DNA from: Candidatus Electronema halotolerans
GTDB taxonomy: Bacteria > Desulfobacterota > Desulfobulbia > Desulfobulbales > Desulfobulbaceae
DNA length: 32,000 nucleotides
NCBI GenBank assembly: GCA_942493095.1
Contig: OW818675.1
Coordinates: forward strand, 150,001 to 182,000
Direction: 5' to 3'
Below, one piece after another: positions 16,955-24,859 of this stretch. A program made the position numbers and the translations under genes. How positions within the stretch are numbered: the first letter of the stretch is position 1; each line of letters opens with the position of its first letter. The notes under the pieces are model-generated. The model saw only the letters and a list, made by a program, of their open reading frames with translations. It was not told the DNA's origin and searched no databases.

Positions 16955-17881
16955 ATGGATGATTTCGAAGGAAACAAAAAGAAATTTGAAGCAGACACTC
17001 GCCAACTTTTTCATAAACTTCACAGTGCTCAAGCAGATAGTGAATATATTTTTTACCGGCTGACTTCATTGCTTTCAACAGATTATCTAAAGGTCCCAGA
17101 AAATTTTTTTCAAGGCAAGATATGTTTAGATGCAGGTTGCGGTTCAAACGCAAATGCTGTCTATGCCATGCTTCAGATGCAAGCAGAAAAAGTCTATGCC
17201 TTTGATCTTGATGCCAGTATATATGAAACAGCACCGCAAATGTTGAAGGAATTTCCTGAAAGCCGCTATGACTTGCGTACTGGCAATGTTCTCAACATAT
17301 CTTTTACTGACAGTACCTTTGACTTTGTCCATTGCGGCGGTGTCCTGCATCATTCTGCTGATGTGCTGCAAGGTCTGCGGGAACTCGGCAGGGTGACTAA
17401 GCCTGGAGGCCTTCTCTATATTCACACCTACGGAGCAGGTGGACTTGTTCGTGAAATGACCTCTTTCTTTCGAGAAAAATATAATCATGATGAAGTCTTC
17501 AAAGGGCTGATCGACAATTTGACTGCGCAAAAATTGCAGCAGGGTCTCTTTGATATTTTTTTCGCTATGGATCGGTATGGAGACTCGTTTGGAACGAATA
17601 TTCCTGTCAATATTGTCAAAGAGCTTGTTGATGATGATTTGGTGCTCACTGTCCAAGATCGTATAGCTGCTCCAGCATATCATGAACATACTGAAGAGCA
17701 GTTACGGGCCTGTTTGGAAGAAGAAGGGTTCAGTCAAATAGAGCGGCTTGCTCGCTATCCGTATTTGAAAAATATACGACGTTTTCTGAGTCCTCTTTAT
17801 TATGAATACAGCTCTGAAATAGCTAAATTCTGTTACGGAAGTGGATTAATTCAGCTAAGAGCTGTAAAAAAAGCTGCTTAG
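16955..17881 (+). CDS. Class I SAM-dependent methyltransferase
   Basis: SAM-binding motif ICLDAGCGSNANA, then FDFVHCGGVLHH and VTKPGGLLYI. The substrate cannot be inferred. Confidence 0.8.
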   Translation: MDDFEGNKKKFEADTRQLFHKLHSAQADSEYIFYRLTSLLSTDYLKVPENFFQGKICLDAGCGSNANAVYAMLQMQAEKVYAFDLDASIYETAPQMLKEFPESRYDLRTGNVLNISFTDSTFDFVHCGGVLHHSADVLQGLRELGRVTKPGGLLYIHTYGAGGLVREMTSFFREKYNHDEVFKGLIDNLTAQKLQQGLFDIFFAMDRYGDSFGTNIPVNIVKELVDDDLVLTVQDRIAAPAYHEHTEEQLRACLEEEGFSQIERLARYPYLKNIRRFLSPLYYEYSSEIAKFCYGSGLIQLRAVKKAA

Positions 17882-17882
17882 A

Positions 17883-18629
17883 GTGAACAAGTCCTTGTAT
17901 TCAATCATCACTGTTTGCTTGAATAATGAACAGGGAATTGCAAGAACTTCTCAATCCATTCAAGCGCAAACATATAAAAATTTTGAATGGATTGTCATTG
18001 ATGGAAATTCTAAAGACAGCTCTGTTGCTGTTGCCAGACAGAATCCCTCGCTTACGCATCTGCTTTCTGAACCTGATGATAGCATTTATCATGCAATGAA
18101 CAAAGGAATTGCTTTAGCTCAAGGAAAATATTATCTTTTCCTCAATTCAGGAGATTGGTTATATACTGATACTGTTTTGGCAGAGGCTGCAACGCAATTG
18201 AAAGGAGATTTGGTTGCAGGCTGGTTGACGGTTATTTATCCTGACCGATTTAATAAAACGCCAAAACTCAGGCGGCTTGACCTTCAAGACGTGAGAAAGA
18301 AATTTCTCTATCACAGAACATTGCATCATCAAGCAACTTTCATCAAAAGTAACCTTTTTCAAAGGTATGGAGTATATGACCAAGGGTATAAAATATATGG
18401 TGATTGGGATTTCTTTTTAAGAGTAATTAACAAGGGAGCAAGTTTGGAGTTTGTAAAAATTTGCATTGCAAATTATACTTTTGACGGGATCAGTTCTACG
18501 CTGTTAGGAACAGAATTAAGCAGAAAAGAAATTAAAAAGATCAGGAAAAAGCATTTCTCTTTCTTCTACCGTTTAAAAAGATCAATTATTGATTCAATAG
18601 AAGCTATATTGAACAAAAGAGGTTTTTAA
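17883..18629 (+). CDS. Glycosyltransferase family 2 (paralog of 10102-10980)
   Basis: YSIITVCLNN..QTYKNFEWIVIDGNSKDSS..DDSIYHAMNKGI..GKYYLFLNSGD is the same motif order as the 10102 gene. GTG start 1 nt after the upstream stop. Confidence 0.85.
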   Translation: MNKSLYSIITVCLNNEQGIARTSQSIQAQTYKNFEWIVIDGNSKDSSVAVARQNPSLTHLLSEPDDSIYHAMNKGIALAQGKYYLFLNSGDWLYTDTVLAEAATQLKGDLVAGWLTVIYPDRFNKTPKLRRLDLQDVRKKFLYHRTLHHQATFIKSNLFQRYGVYDQGYKIYGDWDFFLRVINKGASLEFVKICIANYTFDGISSTLLGTELSRKEIKKIRKKHFSFFYRLKRSIIDSIEAILNKRGF

Positions 18630-18636
18630 TTTTACA

Positions 18637-19491
18637 GTGCCAAAGATTAGTGTCGTTATACCATGTTATAATCATGGCAAATATATTGATAGAGCTGTTG
18701 ACTCCATACTTGGTCAAACATTTGCCGATGTAGAAATTATAGTTGTCAATGATGGGTCAACAGATCAGTTTACTGTAAAAAAATTAAATAACTATAAAAA
18801 AGCAAAAACCAAAATTCTGCATACAGTCAATCAGGGGCCGTCAGCAGCTCGGAATATTGGGATAAGTCAGGCAAAAGGAGAATATATTCTTGTTTTAGAT
18901 GCAGATGATCATTATCATTCAACCTTTTTAGAGAAAGGAATTGCTATTTTTGAGCAAGACCATAAAATTGGCATAGTAGCCTGCGGCATTCAAAATTTTG
19001 GTCTTGACTCAGGAAAAAAAATGCCGAAGGGAGGGGATGTGCGTGCATTTCTGGCTCCTTCTGGACTCACGGGCAGTGCTTTGCTGCGTAAAGTGTGCTG
19101 GGAGCAAGCAGGAGGTTACGATGAAAGCATGAAGACATCAGGTTATGAAGATTGGAATTTTTGGATTGATGTGACAAAAAGAGGCTGGCTGGTTCATATC
19201 ATTGAAGAATATCTCTTCTATTATAATTGGCAGGATGATTCAAGAAGAACAATGCTGAACAGTCAACGTGCAGCATCGCTCAGTCATGTCGTCAGAAATC
19301 ATCGGGATGTATTTGGTCAATATGTTGATCTTGTTGTTTTGAATAAAGATAAAGAAGTGATGGCTATGAAAGGACAGCGTGATGCCTTGGCATCTTCTTT
19401 GGAATACAGGTTAGGCTGCCGTCTTCTTCAGTCGCTGCGGTTCTTTCAGAAATTTTTTGGCATGGATGCATCTGTACATGATAATGCTTGA
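18637..19491 (+). CDS. Glycosyltransferase family 2
   Basis: ISVVIPCYNHGKYIDRAVDSILGQTF.DVEIIVVNDGSTD..ARNIGI..GEYILVLDADD (GT-A, DxD); YEDWNFW. GTG start. Confidence 0.88.
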   Translation: MPKISVVIPCYNHGKYIDRAVDSILGQTFADVEIIVVNDGSTDQFTVKKLNNYKKAKTKILHTVNQGPSAARNIGISQAKGEYILVLDADDHYHSTFLEKGIAIFEQDHKIGIVACGIQNFGLDSGKKMPKGGDVRAFLAPSGLTGSALLRKVCWEQAGGYDESMKTSGYEDWNFWIDVTKRGWLVHIIEEYLFYYNWQDDSRRTMLNSQRAASLSHVVRNHRDVFGQYVDLVVLNKDKEVMAMKGQRDALASSLEYRLGCRLLQSLRFFQKFFGMDASVHDNA

Positions 19492-20662
19492 TTCAAAGCT
19501 ACAACGAAATCATTTCAAACCAAAAATTCTTTTTCTTCGTTCTTTTTCTCAAGTAACATTTGCCGCATTTATAGCTGGAGGTTTACATTACGCTCAGTTT
19601 GATTTCATGCAGTATCCTCCTCTTCCAGAGAACAGGCTGGGTAAGCTGGATAAGCTTTATGCTTCAACCGAAGCGAGGAATCATTTACAACGAAATGTCA
19701 TTACTGCAAGAAAAGAACTCAAAAAAAAGATAGAACAAGGTTTTTTTGATCTTATCCTCCTGCTTGATTACGATTCCAGCCTGTTTCGTTATACACAAAT
19801 GAGCTGGTTAAAAAAATTGAGGGACTTAGCGGGGCAAAGTAAATTTTTTTTCAGGAAAAAGTGGTCCGAGATTTTCAAAGAACTTGTTTGCATGCAGGGA
19901 GTGCCATTCATGCCTTCCGCACTTTCCTCCAACAGGACAGCACTTGCTGTAATTGATTTAGATGATTGGATATGCCTTCATAGTTCTGGACAAAAATTGC
20001 TGCAAGCCTGTTCCTCTTATTACAAACGAGAACTGCCCTATAACCGTTTTTTTCTGTACTATCAGCAGCGTCCTGCACCTTGGCGGCTTTGGCGTGAAAA
20101 GCTTGCTCCAATCTGCACAAAAGTTCACAATATCCCTTTGGGAATAGAGGATGAAAAATACTCTGCTCTGAAAAAATTGCGTAAAAATGAACAGGATATT
20201 GATATTTTTTACTGTGGACAATCAACCAGCACAATCAGAATAACCGCTTTGAAGAATTTGAAAGAATTTGCTGCAACAACATCTTGGAATATTGTTATCA
20301 AAGATGACCTGTCTTTTTCAGAATATTGTGCTGCTGTTGCCAGAAGCAAAATTACTCTTTCTATTTCTGGGGGCGGATGGGATTGTTTTCGGCATTATGA
20401 GGCTGTTGCCTTGGGTTCTGTCCCTTTGATGGATGCGCCTACAGTTGATGCCTTCTGGTGGAACCAAGCACCCACAGAACTGTTTTTCACCGGTACATTC
20501 AAAGATTTCCAGCTAAAAATAGATAAACTTTTATCCAATGCCTGCTTACGAAGTAAATGTTTCATTCAATTAGAAAATCTTATAGAGTCACGCATGCTGC
20601 ATTCTAAAATTGTAAAATATATAGTGCATTCATCTTTTAATAAAAAATATGTGGCTTGTTAG
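19466..20662 (+). CDS. Uncharacterised protein, probable glycosyltransferase-like (exostosin/CgeB-type C-terminal region)
   Basis: The C-terminal pattern IDIFYCGQST..R...L......Y......SKITLSISGGGWDCFRHYEAVALGSVPLMD resembles Glyco_trans_1_2/exostosin-type domains. The N-terminal ~230 aa were not recognised. The start is uncertain (TTG 19457; ATG 19466, 19478 or 19484) and overlaps the upstream gene end. Confidence 0.6.
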   Translation: MHLYMIMLDSKLQRNHFKPKILFLRSFSQVTFAAFIAGGLHYAQFDFMQYPPLPENRLGKLDKLYASTEARNHLQRNVITARKELKKKIEQGFFDLILLLDYDSSLFRYTQMSWLKKLRDLAGQSKFFFRKKWSEIFKELVCMQGVPFMPSALSSNRTALAVIDLDDWICLHSSGQKLLQACSSYYKRELPYNRFFLYYQQRPAPWRLWREKLAPICTKVHNIPLGIEDEKYSALKKLRKNEQDIDIFYCGQSTSTIRITALKNLKEFAATTSWNIVIKDDLSFSEYCAAVARSKITLSISGGGWDCFRHYEAVALGSVPLMDAPTVDAFWWNQAPTELFFTGTFKDFQLKIDKLLSNACLRSKCFIQLENLIESRMLHSKIVKYIVHSSFNKKYVAC

Positions 20663-20667
20663 TTTTC

Positions 20668-21672
20668 ATGTTTGGTTATTATCGATTTATCCTTGCTGTA
20701 TTTGTGTTAATGTCACATTTAGACTTTAGTCTTCAAGGATTTAACATCGGGGTTGCGTCAGTTATTTCTTTTTACATGTTGGCTGGTTATGTGGTTTGCA
20801 ATCTGCTGACGAATGTCTTCGTGATAGACAAAACAGTATATGTTCGATTCTACTGCGAACGAATTCTCAGAATATATCCTCAGTATCTTTTTATTGTTTT
20901 GCTAACAATAATATTTGTAATCATTTCAGGAAATATTCTTTATCAAAAAGACATTTATATTCTTTTAAAGAACATTTTAATAGTACCAGTTAATTATTAC
21001 ATGTTTAATGACGTGTCATTTTTTCCGGAAAACAGGTATAGTATTGTGCCAATATCTTGGTCGCTTGGTTTAGAACTGCAAGCGTATATTTTGCTGCCAT
21101 TTATAGTTTTCTACAAAAAAATAAGGGTAGTGAGCACTGTTCTCTCTTTTTTTATATTTATATTGGCATGTTTTGGCTGGCTGAATACAAATTATTACGG
21201 TTACAAGCTTTTGCCAGGTGTTTTATTTATATTTAATACAGGAGTAATTTTGGCCATCAAAACTTACTCTCCAGATAAGCTCTCTGTATTTGATAAATAC
21301 TTTCCACCAATTCTTTATGGATCAGCAATATTGCTCGCAATAACTTTAGGTATTTTCAACAGAGTTCATATCCCGCACTCAATTCAAGTGATTATTGGAA
21401 TTCTTATTTCGATACCAATTATCAGTTATCTTGATTCTTTTGATAAAAAAATTATTTTCAATCGATTTATGGGCAATCTTTCCTATGGCATATTCTTATC
21501 GCATTATCTTTCGATATGGATAGTTAAATTCACATTTGAGATTGACCCACATAGCACTCCTTATTTATTTGCATTTCTTGTTTTTATTCTGTCATTCTTT
21601 ATCGCTGCTGCTGGATCGGCTGGGGTGGAAAGAGTATTTATAAACTGGCGGTACAGTTTGGCAAAAAAATAA
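20668..21672 (+). CDS. Integral-membrane acyltransferase family 3 (sugar O-acyl/acetyltransferase)
   Basis: YRFILAVFVLMSHL near the N-terminus, SWSLGLELQAYILLPF, and roughly 9-10 hydrophobic segments. ATG 20668 is preferred over TTG 20656. Confidence 0.85.
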   Translation: MFGYYRFILAVFVLMSHLDFSLQGFNIGVASVISFYMLAGYVVCNLLTNVFVIDKTVYVRFYCERILRIYPQYLFIVLLTIIFVIISGNILYQKDIYILLKNILIVPVNYYMFNDVSFFPENRYSIVPISWSLGLELQAYILLPFIVFYKKIRVVSTVLSFFIFILACFGWLNTNYYGYKLLPGVLFIFNTGVILAIKTYSPDKLSVFDKYFPPILYGSAILLAITLGIFNRVHIPHSIQVIIGILISIPIISYLDSFDKKIIFNRFMGNLSYGIFLSHYLSIWIVKFTFEIDPHSTPYLFAFLVFILSFFIAAAGSAGVERVFINWRYSLAKK

Positions 21673-21712
21673 AAAGTGTATTTTTAACCCCGTGATCAAT
21701 TACGATGGAACC

Positions 21713-23071
21713 ATGAAGACCAAACCACTGCTGATCATACCTGTGGAAACCAAGGTACGGGAGTTTGATGCTAAACTTTTACTTGCTGTTGTTGCCCTTC
21801 AGCGCGGTTTTGATGTGGTGCTTGGCGCATTATGGGAGCTGAAATTTTTCACCGAGTTGCTTGACCGGGGAATTTTTTTAGACAAGAGCATTGCCAAGAC
21901 CAAGGTGAAATGGTTCAGCCGCTGTCGGCAGCAGGGCCATCGCGTTGCCGCCTTGGATGAGGAAGGTTTGGTCTATTTTGACGCTAAGACCTATCGTCAG
22001 CTTCGCATTTATTCTCCTTCCTTGGAAGCAGCAGATTTATTTTTTGCCTGGGGTAAAAATCAGGCCGAAGTAATGTCTCCAGTAATTGACACATTGATGA
22101 AACGAATACGGCTTGTCGGCAATTCAAGATTTGATCTGCTTCGACCGGAGTTGCGCAAAATTTACAACAAAAATGTTGACGGACTGCGTAAAAAATATGG
22201 CAGATTCATCTTGTTCAACACGAATTTTTCCTTTGCCAACAGTGCCAATAATGACGCATCGTTATTACGGGCTTTTTCTCAGTGTCCTATTGAGACAGAA
22301 CAGCCCGGCTTTTTTGCAGGCTGGACAGAAGCCCAGCACAAGGTCCTGCAATCTTTTCAGGAAGTTCTGCCCTTAGTGCGGGAACGCTTTCCAGAACACA
22401 CGATCATCATTCGTCCGCACCCTTCGGAAGATTTGCAGTTCTGGCACGATGCTGCGCTTTCCCTGAAGCAGACCGTCGTGATCCGAGAAGGCAATGTTGT
22501 GCCGTGGCTGCTGGCTGCTGATGTGCTGGTGCATTGGAACTGCACCACTGCCATTGAAGCTCTTCTGCTCGGCAAACCTGCGATTGCTTATCGCAAAGAG
22601 CAGCCTGATTTTTATGAGCAGCCTCTGCCCAACGCATGCAGTTTTCATGCCGCCAGTTCTGATGAATTGCTGGACATGCTCGACCAAGCCATTGCAGGCC
22701 GCCTCACCGCCTCTCCTGAACAACTTGCCGAGCAGGGCAAAATTCTGGCGCATCATATCTCCTCCTTGCAGGGCAGTCTGGCAGCGGAAAAAATGGTTGA
22801 GGAACTGCTTCAGCTCAGTCAGACCTTTCCTCGCCAACGAAACATCTCTCAGCGGACTGTTCAGGTGATGAAACGTCTATGGCGGGCAGTGCTGGACCAG
22901 CTCGACCGCAGCAGACAGATTCGGGATTCTTATGTTGCGGGAAAATTTCCTGATACCACAGCAGATGAGGTGCAGAAGCGGGTGCAAGTTTTGTCGGAAT
23001 GTTTGGGTTATTCTATGGATATTACGGTTCGGGAAAAATGCCGTAACTGTTTTTCTCTGTCTGCGACATAG
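21713..23071 (+). CDS. Uncharacterised surface-carbohydrate biosynthesis protein; candidate CMP-nonulosonic acid transferase
   Basis: Contains ALDEEGL (DEEG at 21956-21967) and IIIRPHPSE (HP at 22418-22423), which fit the D/E-D/E-G and HP motifs described for bacterial sialyltransferases of CAZy GT38/52/80. The C-terminus reads ..VLVHWNCTTAIEALLLGKPAIAY, like a GT-B nucleotide-binding half. ATG 21713 is preferred over GTG 21692. Confidence 0.55.
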   Translation: MKTKPLLIIPVETKVREFDAKLLLAVVALQRGFDVVLGALWELKFFTELLDRGIFLDKSIAKTKVKWFSRCRQQGHRVAALDEEGLVYFDAKTYRQLRIYSPSLEAADLFFAWGKNQAEVMSPVIDTLMKRIRLVGNSRFDLLRPELRKIYNKNVDGLRKKYGRFILFNTNFSFANSANNDASLLRAFSQCPIETEQPGFFAGWTEAQHKVLQSFQEVLPLVRERFPEHTIIIRPHPSEDLQFWHDAALSLKQTVVIREGNVVPWLLAADVLVHWNCTTAIEALLLGKPAIAYRKEQPDFYEQPLPNACSFHAASSDELLDMLDQAIAGRLTASPEQLAEQGKILAHHISSLQGSLAAEKMVEELLQLSQTFPRQRNISQRTVQVMKRLWRAVLDQLDRSRQIRDSYVAGKFPDTTADEVQKRVQVLSECLGYSMDITVREKCRNCFSLSAT

Positions 23072-23080
23072 CCTTCATTC

Positions 23081-24040
23081 ATGCCTGAGCCGCAAATTGT
23101 TTTTCTTACCTATCTGAATCGGTCAGGTTCCACCTATCTTGCCGACAAATTGAGCCGCTACAAAGCGATAAAAATGGGCATTGAGGCCCGTTTTGTTGAC
23201 GGGTGGATCAGGCCAGGCTTTTTTGTCCGCACTTCGGACGAGTTGCGCTTGTATCTTGACAGGCTGTATCAGGATGCAAAATTTCAGGCATGGCAAATCG
23301 ACCGGGATGTATTGGCCAAGCATCTGGCCGCGCTCACTCTGCCGCTCCGCTTCAGTGATGTGCTGCTGACCGCTTTCTCGCTGTACCAAGGCAGTGCTCC
23401 AGAAAAACACATTTTGGTGCATAAATGCGGTGAATATTACCGTTGTGTGGAAACCATCCGGCAAGAACTGCCAAGGGCAAAATTCATTTTTATCAACCGC
23501 GACCCCCGTGCGGTCTTCAGTTCGCAGAGACGCAGTTTTGACAGTCAAACTGGGCAGCCGATGCAGGAAAATGTGCTTCATTTTCTCTTTGGGTATCTTG
23601 ACACCCTGCGGCGGCTTGAGCAGTTGCGGAACGATCCTGATTTTCTGACGGTCCAGTACGAGGAACTGCTTGCAGATGAAGAAAAAGTGATGGCTGAGAT
23701 AGAACACTTTCTTGGATTGTCCAGCCCAGCAAAACAGACAGACATATCCGGCGGCAGTTATTTTTCTTCAATCCCCAGAGAACAGCAGCATCTTCACGCC
23801 CATCTGCAGGATGGTCGGCCTTGCGCGGACAGGATCACCGGCTGGCAGCGGGAGCTGCCGGTTTCACATATTCTGCTCCTCCAGACTGTGCTTAAACGCT
23901 ATTTGCTTGATAGAGATTTTCCCTTGCACAGACCTGCAAAAACAGGGCTGTCTGCATTCTCGCATTTTGTTTTTCTTCTTTGTTCGTATTGGTACGAATC
24001 CAGCAAGCGGAAGTTTTTTCATATCGAGCATAAATATTGA
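23081..24040 (+). CDS. Sulfotransferase (Sulfotransfer_3-like)
   Basis: 5'-phosphosulfate-binding loop FLTYLNRSGSTYL (RSGST 23120-23134) and 3'-phosphate motif FINRDPRAVFSS (23498-23524). Confidence 0.8.
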   Translation: MPEPQIVFLTYLNRSGSTYLADKLSRYKAIKMGIEARFVDGWIRPGFFVRTSDELRLYLDRLYQDAKFQAWQIDRDVLAKHLAALTLPLRFSDVLLTAFSLYQGSAPEKHILVHKCGEYYRCVETIRQELPRAKFIFINRDPRAVFSSQRRSFDSQTGQPMQENVLHFLFGYLDTLRRLEQLRNDPDFLTVQYEELLADEEKVMAEIEHFLGLSSPAKQTDISGGSYFSSIPREQQHLHAHLQDGRPCADRITGWQRELPVSHILLLQTVLKRYLLDRDFPLHRPAKTGLSAFSHFVFLLCSYWYESSKRKFFHIEHKY

Positions 24041-24046
24041 GAAATT

Positions 24047-24856
24047 GTGAGCAAGTTCAGAGAAAAATATTACGCGCTGACTGCTGTATTTCGTCCTCTG
24101 CCAAACTTTATCATCATTGGAGCGCAAAAAGCAGGAACAACATCGTTGTTTCATTACATTTGTCAGCATCCGCAAGTTTTTGCCAACAACAGCAAGGAAA
24201 TTCATTTCTTTGACCGGCATCACCAATTGGGCGCAAATTGGTACAGTTCTCATTTTCCTCTTGCAGGCCGATTGCAGCCAGGCCGCCGCAGCCGCATGGG
24301 CGAAGCAACACCCTATTATCTCTGTCATCCCCATGCGCCGGGCCGAATTGCCGCATTGCTGCCAAAGGTGAAACTGATTGCCGTTCTGCGGCATCCTGTT
24401 GAACGAGCCATTTCCCATTATTTTCACGAAAAGAAAAAAGGGCGGGAGCATCTTCCCATCTTGGAGGCAATGCAGCGGGAGGAGGAACGCTGCGCCGGAG
24501 AATGGCAAAGAATGCTTGAGGACGCATCATATTTCAGTCAAACTCATCAGTCATTTTCTTATAAACAGCGGGGAATCTATATCGAACAGTTGCAGCGATA
24601 CTGGAAGTTTTTTTCAAAAGAGCAGATTTTTATTGTGGAAAGCAGCCGGTTATTTTCCAAGCCGCAGGCTGTGCTTAAACAAGTATTTAATTTTTTAGAA
24701 ATTGATTCCAGCATAGTTATTCAAGATGTTGCCGTGAAAAACGCCAATCCGACCAAGAAGGCAGCGGAGCCTGAAGTTTATGCGTATCTGAAGCAATTTT
24801 TTGCGCCGCATAATGAGATGCTGCAAAACGCTCTTGGCCAAGATTTCGGCTGGTAA
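24047..24856 (+). CDS. Sulfotransferase (Sulfotransfer_1-like, carbohydrate sulfotransferase type)
   Basis: PNFIIIGAQKAGTTSL (KAGTTS 24128-24145) and IAVLRHPVERAISHY (24389-24415) are the PAPS-binding PSB and PB motifs. GTG start. Not a close paralog of the preceding sulfotransferase. Confidence 0.85.
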   Translation: MSKFREKYYALTAVFRPLPNFIIIGAQKAGTTSLFHYICQHPQVFANNSKEIHFFDRHHQLGANWYSSHFPLAGRLQPGRRSRMGEATPYYLCHPHAPGRIAALLPKVKLIAVLRHPVERAISHYFHEKKKGREHLPILEAMQREEERCAGEWQRMLEDASYFSQTHQSFSYKQRGIYIEQLQRYWKFFSKEQIFIVESSRLFSKPQAVLKQVFNFLEIDSSIVIQDVAVKNANPTKKAAEPEVYAYLKQFFAPHNEMLQNALGQDFGW

Positions 24857-24859
24857 AAT

